Positions 13,388 through 21,820 of a stretch of DNA of 64,000 bases are shown here, in pieces. The stretch is from Candidatus Latescibacterota bacterium (lineage in GTDB: Bacteria > Latescibacterota > UBA2968 > UBA8231). The notes under the pieces were generated by a model. The model had not been told where the DNA came from. It made no database searches and saw nothing but the letters and a program-made list of their open reading frames with translations. Position 1 is the first letter of the stretch. Every line of letters starts with the position of its first letter. The stretch covers positions 4,896,001-4,960,000 of the forward strand of contig CBDETY010000003.1 of NCBI GenBank assembly GCA_965243025.1. The letters run 5' to 3'. The position numbers were made by a program, and so were the translations under genes.

Positions 13388-13972
13388 CGAGAATTCTGCA
13401 CTTTGTGAGATGTTCTCCAGAACGGAATGCGGGGAAGGGGAAAAGACGCAGTGAGTGATTCACCTATACAATATATAGTAGGTCCCATAGAAGAAGCTGT
13501 CAACCGGTCGGATCTTGTCGGAGGAAGGTGGTTTATCAGAATAAACCAAGTAAAAACAATAGGATACAGGGATGATCCCCTGCGTTGATCACCGTTTCAT
13601 GTGCCTGTATGTACAGCTTGGGGGATATGCGTGTTTCTCGAAACTGCCTGCAGGGTATTAGTTAGAGACATTTATTTCATCATCTTTCTTTCTTGTCGTT
13701 GTATTTGTACCTGTGGGCAGGTGAAAAACACCGCATCGACCGTCACGTGGAGTTGTTATAAAACGTTGTTTTTCCTGGATATTTTACCAGTTCTGTCAGA
13801 GACGGCCAGGATGTGAATCGACCACTTCCGCCAAGTGGACAAAAAAGCCATGCCAACATCCGCCCGACCCCGGCGGAAATCGCGTTCTGACTTTCCCACA
13901 TTATCGCCACGTTTTCCACTGGGAGTTGTGGAGAATTCGTGCGATGTCCTGAAGCAAAACAGCTTTTCGAAA
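13388..13972. other. Probable replication origin (oriC)
   Basis: 585-bp AT-rich non-coding gap between dnaA and dnaN. Degenerate DnaA boxes: TTTCCCACA 13892-13900, TTTTCCACT 13912-13920, rc TTCTCCACA 13927-13935 and rc TTGTCCACT 13834-13842. Gene orientation diverges around this region. Confidence 0.8.
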
Positions 13973-15481
13973 TCAGGCTCTGGAATGCTGTTGCTGGATG
14001 GACTCTGTAAGCGATTCGACCAGGTGGGAAAGGCTCGGATCCTGGTCGCGTTTGTTTTCCACCGCTCTTACTGCGTGGATGACTGTACTGTGATCGCGGT
14101 TTCCGAAATGAAGCCCAATCACCTTCAGGGAGCTTTTTGTCAACTTCTTGGCAAGGTACATCGCAATCTGCCGCGGGAAGGCAATCTCCTGTTTCCTGGT
14201 TTTTCCGATCAGTAGTTCGGGGGTGAGATCGAAGTGCTCGGCGACTATTCGTTGAATACCTTCAATGGTCAGATGAGTCGATTCGGACGAGACACGCTCC
14301 TTAACGATCCTGCGGGCAGCTTCGATGTTCAATTCCTGCTGATTTACTGCACAGTAAGCCATGATATGGTTCAGCGCACCTTCGAGCTCCCGAATGTTAC
14401 TGCTGATGTAGTTGCCTAGAAAGGTTGCAACTTCCTCTGTGAGGTAGATGCCGTTTATCTCGGCCTTCTTGTGGAGAATGGCTATGCGGGTTTCAAGATC
14501 AGGGGGTTCGATACTCGTGACCAACCCCCACTGAAACCGGGAAATCAGGCGCTCTTCCAGTCCCTGCAATTCACCAGGAGGACTGTCGCAGGTCATGGTG
14601 ATCTGTTTCCCGTTCTGGTGCAGGGCGTTGAAGGTGTGGAAGAACTCCGTTTGTGTGTGCTCTCCTTTCAGAAGGAACTGGATATCATCGACCAGGAGCA
14701 TGTCGGCACTCCGATAGAGTCGCTGAAACTCACCCGCTTTCCGCGTCTTGAGCGATTCGATGAAGTCGCTCATGAATTTCTCGGATGGCACGTAGGCGAC
14801 CTGCAGGTTGCTTTCATTCAATTGGGCCAAGTTGCCAATGGCCTGGAGAAGATGTGTTTTCCCCAACCCGACACCGCCGTAAATAACAAGGGGGTTGAAT
14901 TGTGTCTTTCCCGGCGACTTGGCGGCTGAATAGGCAGCAGCATGCGCAAATCGATTGCCCTCACCAATGACAAAACTGTCGAAGGTGTAGCGTTCGTTTA
15001 ACGGCGTGGAAAATGGACCGGGGGTCCACTCTCCCGGCAAGGCGGGGCTTTCGACCCGACTGGTATCCGGTTTCTCCCTGATCCCGGGTTTCCCGGCTTC
15101 GGCATTCCCTTCAGCTTTGCCGTCCCACAAGTCCCCCTGAGCCACTGCAGTGACCTTCGTGGAACCCCCATCTGGCCTGGTCGGAGAAACAGTCTCACTT
15201 TGCCGCTGGCTGGTGTTGTTGTCGGCAATGGAAAAAACGATACGGGGAACCAGGTCCGTTTCTTCCTTGACAGCATTCTGGATCAGCTTCAGATAGTTGC
15301 TTTCCACCCAATCCGCGAAATAGGAGCTCGACACCTCGATTTCGAGTAATTCAGCGTCAAAACGGCGGGCCAGGGTGGGACGAAACCAGGTATTGAAGCT
15401 TTGGGGGCGGACATGGCGCTCGATGTTCAGCAGGCAACGAGCCCAAAGTTCATGAGTTTCCTGCGATTGAGTAGTGATCAT
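13973..15481 (-). CDS. dnaA: Chromosomal replication initiator DnaA
   Basis: SFNTWF, YTFDSFVIGEGN, GGVGLGKTHL, DDIQF and RDHSTVIHA. Start moved to ATG 15481. Confidence 0.97.
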   Translation of the reverse strand: MITTQSQETHELWARCLLNIERHVRPQSFNTWFRPTLARRFDAELLEIEVSSSYFADWVESNYLKLIQNAVKEETDLVPRIVFSIADNNTSQRQSETVSPTRPDGGSTKVTAVAQGDLWDGKAEGNAEAGKPGIREKPDTSRVESPALPGEWTPGPFSTPLNERYTFDSFVIGEGNRFAHAAAYSAAKSPGKTQFNPLVIYGGVGLGKTHLLQAIGNLAQLNESNLQVAYVPSEKFMSDFIESLKTRKAGEFQRLYRSADMLLVDDIQFLLKGEHTQTEFFHTFNALHQNGKQITMTCDSPPGELQGLEERLISRFQWGLVTSIEPPDLETRIAILHKKAEINGIYLTEEVATFLGNYISSNIRELEGALNHIMAYCAVNQQELNIEAARRIVKERVSSESTHLTIEGIQRIVAEHFDLTPELLIGKTRKQEIAFPRQIAMYLAKKLTKSSLKVIGLHFGNRDHSTVIHAVRAVENKRDQDPSLSHLVESLTESIQQQHSRA

Positions 15482-15618
15482 CAGGCGATCGAGGCAGAAT
15501 TGGGGAAGGGATTGGAAACTGTAGACAAAGCGTGGAAAGCCGTCAAGAAAACCGGAGACCGCAACGAGGCCGGGACACAGCCGGGTCACTCCCGAGGTTC
15601 GGTGGGCCGGGTCTTCAT

Positions 15619-15647
15619 TTGACAGATAGTGGAATCGTCACGATTCT
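15619..15647 (+). promoter_or_regulatory. Candidate sigma70 promoter for the rpmH operon, overlapped by an inverted repeat
   Basis: TTGACA-17 nt-GATTCT, with the palindrome GAATCGT-C-ACGATTC at 15632-15646. Confidence 0.45.
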
Positions 15648-15745
15648 CTTGAAATCGGCCTGCGTCAGAAAAGGTCGCACGATTGAAGCACCAGGCCCCG
15701 GACCCGAAACCGGTTTCCGGGCAAAATTACTTCTCAGGTTCTCCC

Positions 15746-15880
15746 GTGAAGCGCACATTTCAACCGAGTAACCGCAAGCGGCGAAACAAGCACGGCTTTC
15801 GCAAACGCATGCGCACTCCCGGAGGTCGTGCGGTCATCAACCGGCGGCGTCGCAAAGGTCGAAAGAAACTGACCGTCTGA
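15746..15880 (+). CDS. rpmH: 50S ribosomal protein L34
   Basis: GTG start gives [22 protein letters not shown] (44 aa). Confidence 0.97.
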   Translation: MKRTFQPSNRKRRNKHGFRKRMRTPGGRAVINRRRRKGRKKLTV

Positions 15881-15932
15881 TTTCCCCCAAAACCCCAACG
15901 CCGGGGGGACAATCAATTCGTTTCGTCGCACC

Positions 15933-16190
15933 GTGAGCTGGATTAAAGGGCGGTATCTGTGGGTGCGTCACGGGCGGCAGGCACCAGTTGTTCTTGTAGT
16001 TCGTAAGTCGCTTGGGACAGCCGTAGTTCGCAATCGTCTCAAGCGACGACTGCGGTCCCTTTGCCGCGAACGCTCCGTCCGCTCGGTCCCACTCGTTATT
16101 TTTCCGCAACCCTCCGCGGTACACGCCACATATCGACATCTCGAGGTTGACCTGGACGATCTTCTTGCCCAGATGGACCGGAAGCTCTGA
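15933..16190 (+). CDS. rnpA: Ribonuclease P protein component (unusually short)
   Basis: RNR motif KSLGTAVVRNRLKRRLR in the canonical rpmH-rnpA-yidD-yidC position. Confidence 0.8.
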   Translation: MSWIKGRYLWVRHGRQAPVVLVVRKSLGTAVVRNRLKRRLRSLCRERSVRSVPLVIFPQPSAVHATYRHLEVDLDDLLAQMDRKL

Positions 16191-16405
16191 TGCGCCGGCT
16201 GTTCGTGGTCTGCATCCGGGCGTACCAGATCTTGCTGTCCCCGTACACTTACCCGGCGTGCCGCTTTCAACCGACCTGCTCGGAATATGCCGCCCAGGCC
16301 GTTGACAAGCACGGTTGCCTGCGCGGGGGACTCAAAACAGTATTGCGGGTGCTGCGCTGCCACCCCTTGGGCGGATGCGGATACGACCCCGTGGATAAGG
16401 TATGA
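16190..16405 (+). CDS. yidD: Membrane protein insertion efficiency factor YidD
   Basis: CRFQPTCSEYA and RVLRCHPLGGCGYDPV. Confidence 0.95.
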   Translation: MRRLFVVCIRAYQILLSPYTYPACRFQPTCSEYAAQAVDKHGCLRGGLKTVLRVLRCHPLGGCGYDPVDKV

Positions 16406-18081
16406 TAGGCGACAAACGCACCCTGCTGGCGTTCCTGCTGATCGGGCTCATTTTCCTTCTTTTGCCCTACTACTACGAGTGGATGGGGCTCGCGCCAACC
16501 CCTCGGGAGCCCGACCCCGAGGTGGACCAGGTCGCCGAACAGGTGATCGGTGAAAAGAAAACGGAAGAGGTTGCCGCACCGGTTTCAACCGAGCCCGAAC
16601 CGATCGTTGAACCAACACCAACCCTGGAACAACCAGCTGTTTCTTCTCCTGCCGTTTTTTCCCCACGGGAGATTTCAGTACGAACACCCCTTCAGGAACT
16701 GACCTTTTCCACCGCCGGAGGAGTTCTCACATCTCTGAGACTGCCTCAGTATCAGCGGCGAGTGGGGGAAATCGTGGAGTTGACGCCCGCATCTACTCGT
16801 TCCCTAGCCATCGAGCTCAGGGATGAAAACGGTCGTTTGGTGCAGGACCTGGGTGAAGTGGAATTCTTTCCCAGCACGGAATCACTCACTCTGGAATCCG
16901 GCTCGAGCGGCAACCTGACATTGCGTGCGCAGCTTGGAAATGGACGACTTGTCGAGAAGCGCTTTCGCTTCGATGCCGATCATTACGGCGTCCAGATGGA
17001 GGTATCCTACTCCGGATTTGACGAGCAGACCTTTGCCCATCTTGTCTGGGAAGGGGGGATCGCCATTGCGGAACGGGCCGAACACGTCGACCTGGAATCG
17101 ATGCAGGCAATGGCCTACTTGAACGAAAGCCTGACTGATTTGCGGGCGGAAGCTGGGGAACCGCAACAATGGGCGGAAAAAGGTGCGCTTCGATGGGCTG
17201 GGGTGCGAAACAAGTATTTCATTACCTGCATAGCGCCGACAACGTCGAGCCGGTACAGCGTGGAGCTCGAGGCGCGCTATGCGGTTCCCGTTCCTGAATT
17301 CGATTACCGGGTCGGATTCAGGCTGTCACGCTCGGGTACATGGGAAGGACTGCTCTATATAGGGCCACTGGACTACGAGGAGTTGATTCTGTACGAAGCG
17401 GAGTTGGAGCGGGCGATGGACCTCGGCTTTCCCATTGTGCGGGAAATCAGCAAGGTGCTGATCGTTCTGTTCGTCGCCACGTACCAGTTCGTTCCAAACT
17501 ACGGCTGGGTAATCGTTCTGTTCGCCGTGGTTGTCAAGATTCTCGTCTATCCCCTGACCCACAAGTCGTACGAATCGGCATCGAAGATGCAGGAATTGCA
17601 ACCAAAAGTGGCAGCACTCAAGGAAAAGTTTAAAAACGACAATCAACGCCTCAGCCGAGAGACGATGAAACTGTATCGGGATGAAGGGGTAAATCCTCTG
17701 GGTGGGTGTCTGCCCCTTCTCCTGCAGATGCCGATCTTCATTGCTCTCTACCAAACCTTCAGCAGTACTATTGAACTCAGGCAATCCCCCTTCATACTGT
17801 GGATCGATGATCTGTCATTGCCTGATGAATTACCGATCGCCGGAATCTCCATCCACCTTCTGCCTTTGTTGATGGCGGCCGCGATGTTCTTTCAGTCTAA
17901 AATGACGATGAAAGACCCGAAACAGGCTGCCCTTGTCTATATCATGCCCGTTGTCATGGTTTTCATAATGTGGAGGTTTTCCTCCGGCCTGGTCCTGTAT
18001 TGGACCGTCTTCAACCTGTTGCAAATCGCCCAGCAACATCTCACCAACCTGTACAAACAGCGCAAGGCACAACCCACCTGA
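16402..18081 (+). CDS. yidC: Membrane protein insertase YidC
   Basis: NYGWVIV, MQELQPK, GVNPLGGCLPLLLQMPIF, WIDDLS and GLVLYW. Confidence 0.96.
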   Translation: MIGDKRTLLAFLLIGLIFLLLPYYYEWMGLAPTPREPDPEVDQVAEQVIGEKKTEEVAAPVSTEPEPIVEPTPTLEQPAVSSPAVFSPREISVRTPLQELTFSTAGGVLTSLRLPQYQRRVGEIVELTPASTRSLAIELRDENGRLVQDLGEVEFFPSTESLTLESGSSGNLTLRAQLGNGRLVEKRFRFDADHYGVQMEVSYSGFDEQTFAHLVWEGGIAIAERAEHVDLESMQAMAYLNESLTDLRAEAGEPQQWAEKGALRWAGVRNKYFITCIAPTTSSRYSVELEARYAVPVPEFDYRVGFRLSRSGTWEGLLYIGPLDYEELILYEAELERAMDLGFPIVREISKVLIVLFVATYQFVPNYGWVIVLFAVVVKILVYPLTHKSYESASKMQELQPKVAALKEKFKNDNQRLSRETMKLYRDEGVNPLGGCLPLLLQMPIFIALYQTFSSTIELRQSPFILWIDDLSLPDELPIAGISIHLLPLLMAAAMFFQSKMTMKDPKQAALVYIMPVVMVFIMWRFSSGLVLYWTVFNLLQIAQQHLTNLYKQRKAQPT

Positions 18082-18113
18082 GGGCCAGGTTCCGGGTCCC
18101 ATGAGCCGCTGCT

Positions 18114-19490
18114 ATGGTGTGCCGCCCCACGATTGAGGGTTCTACGATCGTGGCTGTGGCCACTCCATCGGGAGCCGGGGGGATTGGAGTTGTACGCCTT
18201 AGTGGCTCCGACTCGATTTCCCTGGCCCGCACCCTGTTTCGCAGCGCCCCCCCCTTGGGAACACGGCCACGGTACGTCGAGTACGGCCGCATTCTGGATA
18301 AAAACGGCGCAGAGCTGGACTCTGGTTTGGCCTGGGTGCTGACAGGCCCACGGTCTTATACGGGAGAGGATACGGTCGAGATCAGCGCACATGGGAGCGA
18401 AATGGTTCTCAACAAGGTGGTCGAGGCCGCAATTGCCGGTGGGGCTACCCTGGCACGCCCGGGGGAATTCACACGACGGGCTTTTGTCAATGGCCGTATG
18501 GATTTGCTCCAGGCCGAAGGCGTCATCGACCTGATCCAGGCCGGGAGCAAGCACGCTTTACAAAACTCATATGGTCACACCAGCGGACGGCTTTCTCAGT
18601 TGGTGGGGACCCTCAAGGGCCAAATCGTGAGAGCCTTGGCATTGCTCGAAGTCAAACTGGATTTTTCCCAGGAGGAGGACGTAGATGTGGGGGCCGAGCA
18701 AATCGTACAGGAACTCGAGGCCGCCATTTCGCTGTCGCATCGACTGCTCGAAACCTTTGCCGGCAGTCGCTGCAGGCAGCAAGGTTATTCGGTTGCTCTC
18801 ATCGGCCGGCCCAACGTCGGGAAATCAACCTTGTTCAATGCCCTTCTCGGGGAAGACCGCGCCATCGTAACCCATACTCCTGGAACGACGCGTGATGTCA
18901 TTGAGGGGCAGGTAATGTGGGGAGGCGATTTGGTGCGCCTCAGGGATACGGCGGGGATTCGAGCGGCGTCAGGAGCGGCTGAGGCAGCCGGCATGGAACG
19001 AACTCGCCAAGAGGCCAGCGAGGCCGATCTTGTGCTGATTGTGACGGATTACTCCCGGCCTTGGAGTAAAGCGGACGAGGAGCTTCTCACATTACCGGCC
19101 GGCAATTCATTCCTGATCGTCAGAAACAAAATCGACAAGCCGTGCAAGCAAAGAATTCCCGCCGAGATCACTGAAGCCGTTTCGACTGTCTTTACATCGG
19201 CTTACGCCGGAACCGGTGTCTGGGATCTCAGGAGTGCAATAGTGAAACACCTCCCACAAACACAGGAGATCGAGGGGGTCGGTTTAACTCGGCAAAGGCA
19301 CGCTGGTCTTGTCGAACGGATCCATTCCGCATGCCAGGCTGCATCAGACGTGTTGGCAGAAGAGGAGATGGTGGAATGTGTCGCCGCCGAACTACATACC
19401 GCACTCTCCTGTTGTGGTGAGCTATTGGGCGAAAACGTCGACGAGGCCGTGTTGGACGAGATCTTCTCGGAATTTTGCATAGGGAAATGA
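18114..19490 (+). CDS. mnmE: tRNA modification GTPase MnmE
   Basis: PRSYTGED, PGEFTRRAF, GRPNVGKS, GTTRD and C-terminal FCIGK. Confidence 0.97.
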   Translation: MVCRPTIEGSTIVAVATPSGAGGIGVVRLSGSDSISLARTLFRSAPPLGTRPRYVEYGRILDKNGAELDSGLAWVLTGPRSYTGEDTVEISAHGSEMVLNKVVEAAIAGGATLARPGEFTRRAFVNGRMDLLQAEGVIDLIQAGSKHALQNSYGHTSGRLSQLVGTLKGQIVRALALLEVKLDFSQEEDVDVGAEQIVQELEAAISLSHRLLETFAGSRCRQQGYSVALIGRPNVGKSTLFNALLGEDRAIVTHTPGTTRDVIEGQVMWGGDLVRLRDTAGIRAASGAAEAAGMERTRQEASEADLVLIVTDYSRPWSKADEELLTLPAGNSFLIVRNKIDKPCKQRIPAEITEAVSTVFTSAYAGTGVWDLRSAIVKHLPQTQEIEGVGLTRQRHAGLVERIHSACQAASDVLAEEEMVECVAAELHTALSCCGELLGENVDEAVLDEIFSEFCIGK

Positions 19491-20224
19491 GCGTTCCACG
19501 TGGAACCCCTCCCTCCCACAACCGGGTCCACGGGCCAACGTTCCACGTGAAACGGCCACCTTCGGCACCAGATCTGTCGAACCGCGACACCAACGAGACC
19601 CGCCAGGGCCGCATTCTGACAGAACTCTGTCCCGGAGCAAGTACGCTCCAAATCGAGCGGTGGAGCGATGGCCTGGGGCGATTTGCAGACCTTCTGTTCC
19701 AGTGGTCGCAACGAGTAAGCCTGATCTCTTCTGGATCCAGAACGCAGATTTCTGCGAAACACATTCTTCCGTCGGTTGCCCTGAGACAGCTCATTCTCAC
19801 CCTGCCTCACAGGGCTTTGTGGGATGTCGGTTCGGGAGCGGGCCTGCCTGGGATTCCACTGGCAATCACACTTCCCCAGGCACGCTTTCTTCTGATTGAA
19901 AGCAGGCGGAGGAAGGCTTCATTCCTGCGGGAGGCAATCCGTCGACTGTCGCTGAATAACACCACGGTTCTCCCCGAAAGACTCGACCATAACAGCTGTA
20001 TTCCGAAGGAGTTCCCCAAGGCAGATGTGATACTATCCAGAGCGGCGTTGGATCTGGATCAGCTGCGCTCCTTGGGGAAAGGAAGAACCCAGCCCAACGC
20101 GGCCTTGATCAAGACCTTGCCCCCATCAGAATCGATCATTCCGGGGAAATCTACTCTGGTCCACCGTTGGCAGTGTGAAGGTTTGACCGGGTCTGTGGCA
20201 CTGCAGTTCGCCGACGTGGACTGA
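19487..20224 (+). CDS. rsmG: 16S rRNA m7G527 methyltransferase RsmG (GidB)
   Basis: DVGSGAGLPGIPLAI, LIESRRRKASFL and ILSRA. Start uncertain: ATG 19487 overlaps the mnmE stop, or a later GTG may be used. Confidence 0.88.
   Translation: MSVPRGTPPSHNRVHGPTFHVKRPPSAPDLSNRDTNETRQGRILTELCPGASTLQIERWSDGLGRFADLLFQWSQRVSLISSGSRTQISAKHILPSVALRQLILTLPHRALWDVGSGAGLPGIPLAITLPQARFLLIESRRRKASFLREAIRRLSLNNTTVLPERLDHNSCIPKEFPKADVILSRAALDLDQLRSLGKGRTQPNAALIKTLPPSESIIPGKSTLVHRWQCEGLTGSVALQFADVD
19492..19507. promoter_or_regulatory. parS centromere site 1
   Basis: CGTTCCACGTGGAACC matches the parS palindrome consensus tGTTtCACGTGaAACa. Confidence 0.85.
19539..19554. promoter_or_regulatory. parS centromere site 2
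   Basis: CGTTCCACGTGAAACG matches the parS consensus, 47 bp from site 1 and ~6 kb from oriC. Confidence 0.88.
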
Positions 20225-20430
20225 GGAGCGGGAACCTCAGGAGTTGCAAACATCTACCCACACACAATGGTGGAAAAATCGCGGCAACAGGATTTCCGTG
20301 AGGTTTCCTGTCAAGGGCGGATTGCCCATGAACCGCGACAATCTGCCTGTCCGCCGGCGTGTGGACAGTGGCGGTGAAGGGACCCTATATTTCGCGGATA
20401 TGGTAGTTTGGGACGGATTCAATTTTCCCA

Positions 20431-21051
20431 GTGGTCTGCGCCGTGGTCGGTAATCAGCTGAAATCCCTGGCTTTGGTGGTACTGCGCCCTCTCGCGCAGT
20501 TCTTTATCCGAATTGGTCTGCGTCCTGACTGGCTGACCGTAGCCGGTTTTCTTCTGAGTCTGGTAGCAACCGGAGCATTCGCTACCGGCAATCTTGGCTG
20601 GGCAGCTGCGATCATGTTGTTGGGCGGGCTGTGCGATATCCTCGACGGGCAGGTCGCGAGGGAAGGCAGGAGCGAAACGCAATTTGGTGCACTGCTGGAT
20701 TCGACGACGGATCGCTATTCTGAAATCTTCCTTTATTTCGGAATCGGAGCTTACCTCATTGGACAAGATGAGTGGCTCGTGTGTGGAGTCCTGTTTTTTG
20801 CCCTGTCCGGGTCCCTGATGGTCAGTTATGTTCGAGCAAGGGCCGAAGGACTCGGAGAGGATTGCAAGGTTGGATTCATGCAGCGACCCGAGCGCCTTGT
20901 GGGTTTAGCCCTCGGGGGCCTGTACGGACACGAAGGTCTGGTTTTTGTGCTCGTAGTCCTGGCGGTGACCACAAACTACACTGTCATCGAGCGGCTTACC
21001 TACATCCGCAACAAGATGAATTCGAAAGCGGCCAACCCCACAACGAATTAA
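20431..21051 (+). CDS. CDP-alcohol phosphatidyltransferase (phosphatidylinositol-phosphate synthase-like)
   Basis: Signature DILDGQVAR-x8-GALLDSTTDR. SYVRARAEG and MQRPER segments resemble the PIP-synthase subgroup. Confidence 0.88.
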   Translation: MVCAVVGNQLKSLALVVLRPLAQFFIRIGLRPDWLTVAGFLLSLVATGAFATGNLGWAAAIMLLGGLCDILDGQVAREGRSETQFGALLDSTTDRYSEIFLYFGIGAYLIGQDEWLVCGVLFFALSGSLMVSYVRARAEGLGEDCKVGFMQRPERLVGLALGGLYGHEGLVFVLVVLAVTTNYTVIERLTYIRNKMNSKAANPTTN

Positions 21052-21130
21052 TGGCGGCAGGCAGTTAAGCCGCTGATTCCCCGCTCTTGCCGATTCTCGA
21101 AGAGGACCTCCAAGACGGAAACGGGTCCTC

Positions 21131-21817
21131 GTGATTAGCGAAACGGATCACCAGAGGCAAGCCCCACTGTTTGTCGTCTTTGAAGGGATCGACGGTGCAG
21201 GCACTACGACCCAATCCGAGCTTCTGGCTCAATTTCTCAATTCTCATGGACATCCCGTAGTAGTTGCCCGGGAACCTGGGGGCACGGAGATTGGCGAACG
21301 GATTCGCCAGCTGCTCCTCGACCCCTCTCTGGCCGATATGACAGCCCGGGCCGAACTGCTGCTGTATTCAGCGAGCCGCGCCCAGCTTGTCGATGAAGTA
21401 ATCGGCCCTGCCCTCAAGGCAGGAAAGCCTGTAATAAGCGACCGATATGCGGCATCTACAATTGCCTACCAGGGAGCGGGAAGAGGCTTGGGCCGGGAAT
21501 TGATCGATTACTTGAACCGCGTTGTGGTTCAGAATTGTATCCCGGACGTCACCGTTTATCTGGATGTTCCATTAGAAGTGGCCAATCAGCGCATGAACAA
21601 CGTTAGTATGGATCGGGTTGAACAGGAGGGAAGGGGGTTTCGGGAACGAGTGGCAGCGGCCTATCGTAAAATGGCTGCCGATGAGGGGAAAACCTCGTTG
21701 CTTGTCGATGGAACAGAGGAGAAGAATCAACTTGCGGATCGAATCGTGGAGGAGCTGCAGTCCCGATGGCCCGCATTTCCTTACCGGACAAGTGATTCCT
21801 CCGGCAGAAGGAACTGA
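21131..21817 (+). CDS. tmk: Thymidylate kinase
   Basis: FEGIDGAGTTTQ P-loop, REPGGT and SDRYAASTIAYQG. Confidence 0.95.
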   Translation: MISETDHQRQAPLFVVFEGIDGAGTTTQSELLAQFLNSHGHPVVVAREPGGTEIGERIRQLLLDPSLADMTARAELLLYSASRAQLVDEVIGPALKAGKPVISDRYAASTIAYQGAGRGLGRELIDYLNRVVVQNCIPDVTVYLDVPLEVANQRMNNVSMDRVEQEGRGFRERVAAAYRKMAADEGKTSLLVDGTEEKNQLADRIVEELQSRWPAFPYRTSDSSGRRN

Positions 21818-21820
21818 ATA

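Noticed and set aside
13601-13816. 71-aa ORF inside the dnaA-dnaN gap
   Set aside because: Lies within the AT-rich oriC, has atypical composition and no homology cues.
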